A stretch of 44,411 nt of DNA from an archaeon (GCA_020343435.1 CP070794.1:33891-78301); one strand, 5' to 3'. Shown: positions 28,128 to 37,267, numbered from the stretch's first letter. Translations and numbers: made by a program. Notes: generated by a model from the letters alone, not told the origin.

Positions 28128-29875
28128 TTTTGACTTGTATATCTTTTTTTAATTTCAGTTAAAGAATGAACATCATCTATCCCCTTATCATGTCTTAGTT
28201 TTATGATTCTTGGGAATCTTAATGCAAATCCTGATTTGTAAGTTGGAGATTTTTGAATCTCTTGGTAACCTACTTCAACAATTATTTTTGGTTTTATTTT
28301 TACTGTTCTACCTTTTTCTCCAATGATCAATGGTTTGAGTATTTTAGTTAATTCTCCAAAACTTAATCCTTGTTCTGATTTTTCTTTAACTCCTGTTCCA
28401 ACTTTTCCTATTTCTAATATATGTCCTTCATGTCTACATGCAACAATGAATGAGGATAACCAACCCCCACGTTTTCCTGTTCCCCATTCTGCTCCAACAA
28501 TTGCTAGTTCAAACGGTTCTTGAACTGGTTTGAATTTAACCCATGTTCCGACTCTTGATCCTGGTTGATAAAAAGAATTCAAGTTTTTCATAATAATTCC
28601 TTCCATTTTTCTTTTCAAAGCTTCTTTATAGAATTTTTCAGCTTTATCTTCATTATCTGTTACAACCCTTTCAGCTAGTTTTAATTTCCATGGAATTTCT
28701 TTAATGATTTTTTCAATAAGTCTTCTTCTTTCTCTAAAAGGAGTTTTAATTAAATCCCTATTATTATAGTAAATACAGTCAAAAATATTAACCTCTACTG
28801 GCAATTCTTTTTTTAACTTATCAATCTCATATTTTCTTTTAATTCTTTGAGAGATTTCTTGAAAAGGCCTGTATTCTTTATTTTTAGGATTAAATCCCAC
28901 TGCTTCAGAATCTAGAATAAAATTTTCTCCTTTAATTTGGTTTTTTACATATTCTACAACCTCTGGAAATTGTTTTGTAACATTCTCTAATCTTCTTGTG
29001 TAGATAGTTATTTTTCCCTTGAATTTATGGATTAACATTCTGAATCCATCATACTTTAACTCAATCTCTGCTGGTGTTCCTACTCTTTTGAATCCTTCAG
29101 AAATAGAATCAACTTTCAAACATAATTCCACTTTTACTGGCCTTTCTGGAGATAGTTTTATTTTTTGTAGTTCTTTTTCTCCTTCCAGTGCTGCTTCTAA
29201 AACCAATCCAAAGTCATTAGATCTATCATAAGCTCCTTGAACTATGTCGACATATCTGTTGTATTCTTCTCGTTGTTTTTCATCTAAAGAAATATCATTT
29301 TTCTTTTTATTGTAAGTTATATCTAATTTTTTATCAAAAGCTGCCCAAACAATAGCATCTCTTATTGTTCCTTCTGCTACTCCAATTCTTAGTTCTTCTA
29401 AAAGAGTTCTAATAACATATCTTGCTTCAATTGGTTTAGATACTGTTAATAACTCTGCTACTAATGCTAGCTTTCTCTCTACTGTTCCAGAACCTTCTAG
29501 TTTTGTGGCTTTTCTTAGATTATCAATTACTTTTTGAGTTGTTAATCTTCCTGATAACAAGGTTTTTTGTTTCTTTTTTTCAATTGAGGATTCAGCTACT
29601 TTTCCTAGATCTCCTATCTTTCTCCAATCTTTTACAATCTTCTCTTCTGATATTCCTGTTGCTTTACTTATAGCTTTAATAGTTAATTGTGTTGAAACCC
29701 CTACAACTTCTTCATTCCAGTCTGCAAATATCTTTCCTTTAGCAAGATAAGCTAGATCTCTTGCCTCTTTTTTTGAGATTTTTTTAAAGAATTTTGAGAG
29801 TATGAAAGTTTTCTCTAGTCTTTTTGATGTTTTTTCTAAGGATTCATAGATTTTTGCAAGCTCTAGGTAAAGCAT
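28124..29875 (-). CDS. lig: ATP-dependent DNA ligase
   Basis: KYDGFR, DSE, IFD, EGIIMK, W.KFK, LRFPR...R.DK. Confidence 0.96.
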   Translation of the reverse strand: MLYLELAKIYESLEKTSKRLEKTFILSKFFKKISKKEARDLAYLAKGKIFADWNEEVVGVSTQLTIKAISKATGISEEKIVKDWRKIGDLGKVAESSIEKKKQKTLLSGRLTTQKVIDNLRKATKLEGSGTVERKLALVAELLTVSKPIEARYVIRTLLEELRIGVAEGTIRDAIVWAAFDKKLDITYNKKKNDISLDEKQREEYNRYVDIVQGAYDRSNDFGLVLEAALEGEKELQKIKLSPERPVKVELCLKVDSISEGFKRVGTPAEIELKYDGFRMLIHKFKGKITIYTRRLENVTKQFPEVVEYVKNQIKGENFILDSEAVGFNPKNKEYRPFQEISQRIKRKYEIDKLKKELPVEVNIFDCIYYNNRDLIKTPFRERRRLIEKIIKEIPWKLKLAERVVTDNEDKAEKFYKEALKRKMEGIIMKNLNSFYQPGSRVGTWVKFKPVQEPFELAIVGAEWGTGKRGGWLSSFIVACRHEGHILEIGKVGTGVKEKSEQGLSFGELTKILKPLIIGEKGRTVKIKPKIIVEVGYQEIQKSPTYKSGFALRFPRIIKLRHDKGIDDVHSLTEIKKRYTSQK

Positions 29876-29911
29876 ATGATAGAAAAGGTAACCAGACTTT
29901 TAAGGTTTTTC

Positions 29912-30997
29912 TTAAGGAAGAGTAACTGTTATTGGGACATGGTCTGAAAATTCAAATGCACTATAATCCACATCAATACTTTCAGGATCAAAACCTTTTG
30001 TGAAAACCATGTCTGGATGAGTTGGCCAATGTTCTTCAGATGGTCTATGTAAAACAATACTTGCCAATCCTCTCCACAATTTTCCATTTCCATATAATGC
30101 ATTTGAAATTAAAGGAGAGGATCCAGGAATTCTTGATGTTCTTTTGTAAAGGGGAGTTACTCTATCATGATATCCCCTTAATCTTAAAGATTCTAAAACT
30201 GGTTCTTGTCTATAAACATTAAAGTCCCCAACTAATAAAGATCTATCAATATCTAAACTATCTCTTAATCTTTCAGCTCTGTCAACCATCCCCAAAATTT
30301 GTCTTTCTCTCAATTCTGATTTTGTTTTATCTTCTATATGTGTGTTGCTTACTAGGTATTTTTGATCCCCCACTGTTAATACTTGGTGAGAAGCAACTCT
30401 ATTTCCAACTCTTGGTTCGATAGGATCCTTATACCAGTTTTTTGCAGGCATTAATCTTTGACATTGGTAATAGTCTATTGGTCTTCTGGTAAAAACAACA
30501 TTTCCTGTCGTTTTTGTAGGATATCCATCTTCTAATTCAAAGAATTCTGTAGCCCAACGAGTGTGGTATCCTTCTCTTGCAAATCCCCAAAGTATCTCTT
30601 GGTCTTCAATAGTGAATTCTTGAAAAGCCAAAACATCTGCATCATATAATTTTGGATTAATTCTAACCTCTTCTAAAGCTTTGTAAGCATTTTCAGTTTG
30701 TCCAGCTAAATTAGCGCTCACAATAACTGGTGCTGGTCTTGTTGTTCTTTCTTGTTGTGGTTGAATGTAAATAGGATTTTCTAAAACTTCTTCAAGAGTA
30801 CCTTGTCCTGGGAAAAAAGGATTTTCTCTTGATTCCCATCCTTGAGGAATTGTATATCTATTATCCATAGAAGTATCTGTTTCAGTTCCCATTCTGAAAG
30901 GTAAAGATAACCAAACAAAAGGACCTGTTTTTTTAACTGATTCTGGTATAAGTGTAAGTAAAGAAAGTGCTAATATGCTGGCGCCTATTAAAGACAT
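29912..30997 (-). CDS. Secreted/membrane-anchored endonuclease/exonuclease/phosphatase (EEP) family enzyme
   Basis: N-terminal hydrophobic segment; SAN, FQE, GN, NTH, GDFN and SDH motifs. Confidence 0.85.
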   Translation of the reverse strand: MSLIGASILALSLLTLIPESVKKTGPFVWLSLPFRMGTETDTSMDNRYTIPQGWESRENPFFPGQGTLEEVLENPIYIQPQQERTTRPAPVIVSANLAGQTENAYKALEEVRINPKLYDADVLAFQEFTIEDQEILWGFAREGYHTRWATEFFELEDGYPTKTTGNVVFTRRPIDYYQCQRLMPAKNWYKDPIEPRVGNRVASHQVLTVGDQKYLVSNTHIEDKTKSELRERQILGMVDRAERLRDSLDIDRSLLVGDFNVYRQEPVLESLRLRGYHDRVTPLYKRTSRIPGSSPLISNALYGNGKLWRGLASIVLHRPSEEHWPTHPDMVFTKGFDPESIDVDYSAFEFSDHVPITVTLP

Positions 30998-31046
30998 TTT
31001 AACCCCCTAGCCGTTTCTCTTAAGAATAATGGGTTTTTAATACTTT

Positions 31047-32045
31047 TTATTTAAAATTTTTTCTAATTGGTGCAATTATTTTTTCCAAATATTCTGCAAC
31101 AGCAGATTTTAGATCATCAGCCCAAATAGCTCTTCCATCTTTGGATTTACCATTAAAGGCGTTTTCTAAGTCTTTATAATTTTTAAGTGTCTCTTCAACT
31201 CCATGGCCAGATCCTTTATCCACTTTTACACAAATCTCCCCAAACATCGGAAAAATAATTAACTTTACTATTGCTAGAATAGGATTATTTTGAGAATTTT
31301 GAGAAATTGTTGGATCTCCTTGAGGACAATAGGCATTCCTTATTTTTTTAACAATATCCTCTTTTTTATCCCGAATAGAAATAAAACTATTTGGAACTGA
31401 TTTTGACATTTTTTGTCCAGGACCTTTTAATGATGTTATTAATGGAGTATGCAATACAACAAAGTTATGTTTAGTTAACTTTCGAAATTCTCTCCCAATC
31501 ATATGAATCTTTCTTTGTTCCATCCCTCCATAAGCTAAATCTACTCCAAGATGTTTTATATCTACTACTTGCATTATGGGATACCATAATTGGGAGATTG
31601 TTGCATGTTCTATGTCTCTTGCTATTTGTTGCATACTCTTTAATCCTCTTTTAATTGTGGATTCTTGAGCTATTCTCATAACATCTTTTTGATACTGTTC
31701 TTTAAACTGAAAACTAGAACCAAGAATTACCTCAGCATTTAATCCTATAGCTTTAACTGTCTTTTTCCATGCTAAAACTTCTTTTTTAATCTGTTCTTCT
31801 TGTCCTTTTCTATTTAGTAAAGCATGAACATCTGCTATGAAAAATATAACTTTAAATCCAGCTTTTTCTAAATCCATAAGTTTTGTTACAGTTACAAAAT
31901 GTCCAAGATGTAATGGTCCGTTAGGTTCATAACCACAGTAAGCTACTGGCTTCTTTTTTTTCTTTAAAAGTTCTTTTAGTTCTGGTTCTGTAATCACTTC
32001 TTCAGTATTCCTTGTTATTAATTCCCATCTCTTTTTTGAATCCAT
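31047..32045 (-). CDS. tyrS: Tyrosine--tRNA ligase (archaeal type)
   Basis: GYEP.G.LHLGH, YP.MQ..D, GG.EQRKIH, KMSKS. Confidence 0.96.
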   Translation of the reverse strand: MDSKKRWELITRNTEEVITEPELKELLKKKKKPVAYCGYEPNGPLHLGHFVTVTKLMDLEKAGFKVIFFIADVHALLNRKGQEEQIKKEVLAWKKTVKAIGLNAEVILGSSFQFKEQYQKDVMRIAQESTIKRGLKSMQQIARDIEHATISQLWYPIMQVVDIKHLGVDLAYGGMEQRKIHMIGREFRKLTKHNFVVLHTPLITSLKGPGQKMSKSVPNSFISIRDKKEDIVKKIRNAYCPQGDPTISQNSQNNPILAIVKLIIFPMFGEICVKVDKGSGHGVEETLKNYKDLENAFNGKSKDGRAIWADDLKSAVAEYLEKIIAPIRKNFK

Positions 32046-32118
32046 GATTATAGGAGTTAATCAGTTTTTATAAATCTTTTTCAGTAATGTTTTTATAGTA
32101 GTCCATCATAAGAAAAAT

Positions 32119-32652
32119 ATGCAATTAGATAAATCAATAAGATCTAGGAGGAGCATTAGAAAATATTTAGATAAGAAAGTTTCTTTTTCAGATATTACTG
32201 AAATTTGTGATGCTGCAAGATTTGCTCCAATGGCATGTAATAAATTTAGTGTTAGATTAATTGTTGTTTCTAATAAAGAGAAGATTAAGAAAATAGCTGA
32301 AATTTCTCAACAACCATTTATTGCTGATGGAAAATATATAATTGTTGTTTGTACTGATAAAAAAGATCTTGTTAAGAGTTTTGGTGATAATGGAACTAGA
32401 AATGCTAGACAACAAGCTGGAGCAGCAATAGAACATATGTTGTTAAAAATAACTGATCTTGGATTATCTGCTTGTTGGGTTGGTTGGTTTGATGATAATG
32501 CTCTTAAAAGACTCCTTAAAATTCCTAAGAACATAGATGTAGAAGCTTTATTTCCTATTGGATATGCTGCTGAAAAACCTAAAAAGCTCTTTAAAACAGA
32601 TCTTAAATCAATTTTATTCTTTGATGAGTGGGATAAGAAAGAGAGAAAATGA
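32119..32652 (+). CDS. Nitroreductase family protein
   Basis: RRSIRKY, AP.A.N, LGL..CWVG, PIGY. Confidence 0.9.
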   Translation: MQLDKSIRSRRSIRKYLDKKVSFSDITEICDAARFAPMACNKFSVRLIVVSNKEKIKKIAEISQQPFIADGKYIIVVCTDKKDLVKSFGDNGTRNARQQAGAAIEHMLLKITDLGLSACWVGWFDDNALKRLLKIPKNIDVEALFPIGYAAEKPKKLFKTDLKSILFFDEWDKKERK

Positions 32653-33200
32653 AGGGTTTTAATACAAAATCCAGGTGGAATAAACTTCTTAGAACTGGTG
32701 CATGGGGTAAAGAAAGAGGAGAATTTCATAAAAAGATTCTGAAGTATCTCCCAAAAAATAAAGAGATAACCGTTTTAGATATTGGTTGTGCAGTTGGTCA
32801 CGGAACTATAGAATTGGCTAAGAAATTAAAAAAAGCAAAGTTTGAAGCATGCGATTTTTCAAATGATGGTATCAAAAAAGCAAAAGGATTATATGGGAAA
32901 AAAATAAAGTTTTTTGTTCACGATGTCTATAAAGATAAACTAAAGAAGAAATATGATTATATCTTAATCATAGAGACTTTAGAACATCTGAAAAACCCTA
33001 AAAAAATTGTTAAAAAATACTTAAAGAGTTGTAAAATCTTATTAGTTTCAGTTCCTTATAAGGAAAAGGAATTATGGAAAGAGCACATAAATAGGTTTGA
33101 TGAGAGTTCTTTTAGAGATTTTAAAGAACTCATAAAAAGAGTTATTTTTAGGAAACCAGGTTCAGATATGAAACTTATTCTTTACATCTTTGAAAAATAA
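32649..33200 (+). CDS. Class I SAM-dependent methyltransferase
   Basis: VLDIGCAVG, DFS, YD.I...ETLEHL. Confidence 0.88.
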   Translation: MKGFNTKSRWNKLLRTGAWGKERGEFHKKILKYLPKNKEITVLDIGCAVGHGTIELAKKLKKAKFEACDFSNDGIKKAKGLYGKKIKFFVHDVYKDKLKKKYDYILIIETLEHLKNPKKIVKKYLKSCKILLVSVPYKEKELWKEHINRFDESSFRDFKELIKRVIFRKPGSDMKLILYIFEK

Positions 33201-33248
33201 TCATTCTATTATAAAAAAATATTTATAGTCTAAGTTCTAAAAACCTGT

Positions 33249-33815
33249 ATGGAACCTAAGAAAGAGGATACTGTCTATAATCAATTATTTAGAGAATTAG
33301 AACAGTATAGGACTGAAGAGAGAAAATTAGAACATCTTGAGAATCTACTTAAGAAAAATCCTGATCAGGAAACAAGGAAAACTGCTTTTGTTATAATGGC
33401 AGCTTTACAGAGCTATAAGATGTGGTATAATTCTGCTGCAAAATCCTATCATAATGCTGCTGATTTAGCTAAAACTTTCTCAGAGAAAATAGATCTTTTA
33501 TTAAAAGCAATAACATTATTTGTTACAGCTAGAGATTACAAAACTGCTGAAGAAGTTACAAGACAAGCAGTTGTTCTAGCATCCTCAAAAGATAAGGATT
33601 CTATTCGTAGTCACTTAATTAATACTTATCTTAAACAAGCTGATCAGTATGAGGCTAATAAAATGTTTAATAAGACTATCAAAGTTCTTTCTAGACTTTT
33701 GAATCTTAAGATAGATAACGAGCAAAAGAAAAGTGTTTTAGAAAGGTTAGTTTATCTTTATGAAAAGATTGGGAATCCTATAGAAGCAAATAAGATTAGG
33801 CAACAGATGCGTTGA
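33249..33815 (+). CDS. TPR/alpha-solenoid repeat protein
   Basis: All-helical, with A..Y..AA and LYEKIG...EA TPR-like motifs. Confidence 0.7.
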   Translation: MEPKKEDTVYNQLFRELEQYRTEERKLEHLENLLKKNPDQETRKTAFVIMAALQSYKMWYNSAAKSYHNAADLAKTFSEKIDLLLKAITLFVTARDYKTAEEVTRQAVVLASSKDKDSIRSHLINTYLKQADQYEANKMFNKTIKVLSRLLNLKIDNEQKKSVLERLVYLYEKIGNPIEANKIRQQMR

Positions 33816-33820
33816 GAATT

Positions 33821-34090
33821 CTAAAAAGGCAAGTCATCAAAATTATCTGGGCCCCATCTTAACTTTAAGTTATATTCTGAGCATTCTGGATTAGGACATC
33901 TGTAAGTCCAAGTACTCATTCCTTGAGTTATTGGATCTCCCTGTTCTGTTGTATCTTCTCCCAAAATCTCAACAACTTGTTCACAAACCTCACAATAAAC
34001 TGGTTGTCCTTGTTCTTCTCTTTGAATTTCTAGTTCTACATCTCTTTCTAAGGGGAAGCCATTGAGATCAACATCTTCTTCTAAACCCAT
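33821..34090 (-). CDS. Small acidic zinc-ribbon protein
   Basis: CEVC...CPNPEC; C-terminus NFDDLPF. Confidence 0.7.
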   Translation of the reverse strand: MGLEEDVDLNGFPLERDVELEIQREEQGQPVYCEVCEQVVEILGEDTTEQGDPITQGMSTWTYRCPNPECSEYNLKLRWGPDNFDDLPF

Positions 34091-34140
34091 GTATTTCTTT
34101 GTTTTAATGAATTTTTAAGAATTATTGTATTGAAAAAGAA

Positions 34141-34175
34141 TAAAAAAAGAGGCTAGCTTCTAGCGGAAGCTAGCC
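34141..34175 (-). terminator. Hairpin plus oligo-T terminator downstream of ftsZ
   Basis: Perfect 10-bp stem GGCTAGCTTC (34151-60)/GAAGCTAGCC (34166-75) followed on - by TCTTTTTTT. Confidence 0.75.
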
Positions 34176-34211
34176 GAGAGAACCCAAAAGGCTAAGGGGA
34201 AATCATGAAGC

Positions 34212-35288
34212 TCATTGGAAAAATTCTACGCCTAACTCTGACATTGCAGGTTGTGGTGTAGCTTCAGGAGCTTTTGGTCTTCCTAGTACATATGGGCTCT
34301 TGACACCAGTTATAATAGTTATAACTCGTACCTTTCCTTTGAAGTCTCTATTGATTCTTGCTCCGATAATCACTTGTGCTTCTTGACTTAGGTTTTCAGT
34401 GACAAGACCACCAATGTTGTTTAGCTCTTCAAGCTTTAAGTCTTCTCCACATGTTACGTGGATTAATGCACCAGTTGCTCCCTTATAATCAATGTCTAAT
34501 AAAGGATGTGCTAAAGCTTGTTTTACAGCTTCCTCAACTCTATTGGCTGTGTCAGACTCACCGATTCCAATACAACTAACATCTCCGTTTTTCATAATTG
34601 CAGAGACATCAGCAAAATCTAAGTTAATCAAAGAAGGCACAGTAATTGTTTCTACAACTCCCTTAATCATTGTACTCACTAATTCGTTTGCTACTGCAAG
34701 AGCTTGTTCTACTGGAAGGTTTCCTGCGATATCCACTAATCTGTTATTATCAATAACAATAACAGTATCAGCAATTTCTCGCAATTGTTGCAATCCGAAT
34801 TCTGCTTTGTCAATTCTTGCTCTTTCGTTGTCCCAAGGCATTGTTACTACACCAATTGTTATTGCTCCAACTTCTTTTGCAAGTTGTGCAACTACTGGTG
34901 CTCCACCTGTTCCAGTTCCTCCACCTTCTCCTGCCACAACGAATACCATGTCGCCACCGCCAACCATTTTTTTCAATTCAACCATTGCTTCTTTTGCTGC
35001 TTCTCTTCCTGTTTCTGGGAAACCGCCTGCTCCTAATCCTCGAGTTAATTCTTTTCCAATAAGAATTTTTTCATCAGCTTTGGTAATGCTTAGATGTAGA
35101 GCATCTGTATTAACTCCATAAACAGTTGCTCCTGTTATTCCTTTGTTGAATAACCAGGTGATCATATTACATCCTGCACCCCCAGCCCCGATGACTTTTA
35201 TGTTAGCTCTTCCAGCCTTTAACTCATCAAAGTTTATCCCATATTTACTTGCTCCGTCTATTGCCTCTTTTGCGAAATCTAAAGCCAT
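34212..35288 (-). CDS. ftsZ: Cell division protein FtsZ
   Basis: GAGGAG.N, NTD, GGGTGTG, INLDFADV; GGAGGT Shine-Dalgarno. Confidence 0.97.
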   Translation of the reverse strand: MALDFAKEAIDGASKYGINFDELKAGRANIKVIGAGGAGCNMITWLFNKGITGATVYGVNTDALHLSITKADEKILIGKELTRGLGAGGFPETGREAAKEAMVELKKMVGGGDMVFVVAGEGGGTGTGGAPVVAQLAKEVGAITIGVVTMPWDNERARIDKAEFGLQQLREIADTVIVIDNNRLVDIAGNLPVEQALAVANELVSTMIKGVVETITVPSLINLDFADVSAIMKNGDVSCIGIGESDTANRVEEAVKQALAHPLLDIDYKGATGALIHVTCGEDLKLEELNNIGGLVTENLSQEAQVIIGARINRDFKGKVRVITIITGVKSPYVLGRPKAPEATPQPAMSELGVEFFQ

Positions 35289-35531
35289 TTTTTACCTCCG
35301 TTTTTTACGAAACATTTATATAGTTGTTTATTTTTATATATTTCAGAGTGAGAAAAAATATGACAAGCTTTTTACCCGAAAGCTTTATCCCCTTTTATTA
35401 ATTAAATATAACGAAATAATCTTATTCTCTATTCTTTAAATATATTGTTGAATCCTAACATATATATTATAGTATATAGGTTAGTTTTTTACCGTCGTAA
35501 ACTTTTTATAATTACGATTATTAGATAAAAA

Positions 35532-35969
35532 ATGAAAAAAGAGAATAAATTAAAAGTGAAATTAAAATATCTTGAAAAGAAAAGTATAGAACCAGAACAA
35601 TTATTTAGCTTACATAGATCAGTTAGATGGACAACAAATAAAAATAAACAAAAACAAAAAAAGATAATTTATAAGGAATATAAAAATTCACAGATTGTTG
35701 TTTCTGCTTGGAATGGGAAAGAGTTAGTAGGAGTAATAAGAGCTCTTACAGAGAGAGTTAAAAATGGTATGATATTTGGTCTTGTTGTTAAACAAAAATA
35801 TCGAAGTCTTGGAGTAGGTACAAAACTGATTAAGAAATGTATAAAGAAATATCCTAAAATAAGATGGTATCTTAGATCTGAAAATTCTAAAACAGATAAG
35901 TTTTACAAAAGAAGAGGATTTAAAAAAATAAAAAGAGGTTTTATATGGATACTAGATACCAAAAAATGA
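35532..35969 (+). CDS. GNAT family N-acetyltransferase
   Basis: V...YRSLGVGTKL, FYKRRGF. Confidence 0.85.
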   Translation: MKKENKLKVKLKYLEKKSIEPEQLFSLHRSVRWTTNKNKQKQKKIIYKEYKNSQIVVSAWNGKELVGVIRALTERVKNGMIFGLVVKQKYRSLGVGTKLIKKCIKKYPKIRWYLRSENSKTDKFYKRRGFKKIKRGFIWILDTKK

Positions 35970-37219
35970 AAAAAGAGTTTAATATCAAAGTTAAAGTAAT
36001 AACTAAAGAAAAAACGTATGAAGGAATTCTTTTAGAGAGTCATGATTCTAAAATTATTCTATTAAAATTAAAAAATGGATATAACATTGGAATAAAAAAA
36101 GATTCTATTTTGAAAATTACTAAACTCTCTAATTTGAAAGAACAAAAAACTAAGAAAACAGATCAGGATAAGACTCTTCCCAAGATTGCAATCATAGCAA
36201 CAGGAGGAACTATTGCTTCAAAAGTAGATTATCAAACTGGTGGAGTTCTTGCTGTTGAGAATCCTTATGATCTATTAGAAAACTTTCCTGAACTTAAAAA
36301 AATTATAAGATTTGAAGTTCATGTTCCTTTTAGTGATGATAGTTCCCAAGTCTCTCCAAAAGAATGGGTTAGGTGGTCTAAACTTGTTGCTAAGTTAGTT
36401 AATATGCCTCAAATAAAAGGTGTTGTAATTTTACATGGAACAGATACCTTACATTACTCTGCTTCAGCATTATCTTTTATGTTACATAATTTGAATAAAC
36501 CAGTTGTTTTTACCTTTAGTCAGAGAAGCGTTGATAGGGGTTCAAGTGATTCTTTTTTAAATATAAGATGTGCTTGTCATGCTGCATTAAGTAATATTGC
36601 TGAAGTGATGGTTGTTGGTCATGAGAAATCTGATGATGATTCTTGTTTAATGATAAGAGGAACTAAAGTTAGAAAGATGCATTCAAGTATTAGGGGAGCT
36701 TTTAAACCTATTAATGAGAATCCTTTAGCCAAAGTATTTTCAGATGGCAGAATAGATATTTTGAATCACAAGTTTAGAAAAAGACATGAAGGAAAAGTTA
36801 AACCTTTATCTTTTTTTGAAGAAAAAACTGCCTTAGTTAAGTTTTTTCCAGGAAGTTCTTCTGAGATCTTAGATTCTTTAATTAAGAAGGGGTATAAAGG
36901 AATTATTATTGAAGCTGTTGGTTTAGGCCAATTACCTGTAGAAGGAACAAATTCATGGTTAACTAAGATTAAACAAGCTATTTATAAGAAAATATTTGTT
37001 GGAGTGACTTCTCAAACAATTTATGGGAGAGTTAATCCTTATGTTTATTCTCCTTCGAGAAAAGTGGAAAAAGCTGGAGCTGTTTATCTGAAAGATATGT
37101 TATCTGAAACAGCTTATGTTAAGTTAGGATGGCTCTTAGGACAAAAAAAGAAATTTAAGGAATTGAGCAAAGAAATGCTAGAGAACAAATCTCATGAGTT
37201 CAATGAAAGGATGTTTTAA
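35966..37219 (+). CDS. gatD: Glu-tRNA(Gln) amidotransferase subunit D
   Basis: KL.NGYNIG N-terminal domain, TGGTIAS, HGTDT, SQRS.DR.SSD, RKMH, ETAYVKLGW. Start ATG 35966 overlaps the GNAT stop. Confidence 0.92.
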   Translation: MKKEFNIKVKVITKEKTYEGILLESHDSKIILLKLKNGYNIGIKKDSILKITKLSNLKEQKTKKTDQDKTLPKIAIIATGGTIASKVDYQTGGVLAVENPYDLLENFPELKKIIRFEVHVPFSDDSSQVSPKEWVRWSKLVAKLVNMPQIKGVVILHGTDTLHYSASALSFMLHNLNKPVVFTFSQRSVDRGSSDSFLNIRCACHAALSNIAEVMVVGHEKSDDDSCLMIRGTKVRKMHSSIRGAFKPINENPLAKVFSDGRIDILNHKFRKRHEGKVKPLSFFEEKTALVKFFPGSSSEILDSLIKKGYKGIIIEAVGLGQLPVEGTNSWLTKIKQAIYKKIFVGVTSQTIYGRVNPYVYSPSRKVEKAGAVYLKDMLSETAYVKLGWLLGQKKKFKELSKEMLENKSHEFNERMF

Positions 37220-37239
37220 CTTTAGAGTTACAAGATAGC

Positions 37240-37246
37240 TTTATAA
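37240..37246 (+). promoter_or_regulatory. TATA box upstream of the candidate ncRNA
   Basis: TTTATAA ending ~22-25 nt before the 5' strand of the terminal helix. Confidence 0.6.
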
Positions 37247-37267
37247 CTTCTAGAAAAGTATCAAATC

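Noticed and set aside
32641-33200. Methyltransferase as a fifth repeat-flanked cassette
   Set aside because: ATGA-coupled and Lys-rich, but the junction similarity is only a few A-rich bases.
34492-35439. Several + strand ORFs over ftsZ
   Set aside because: Antisense shadows of a conserved gene.
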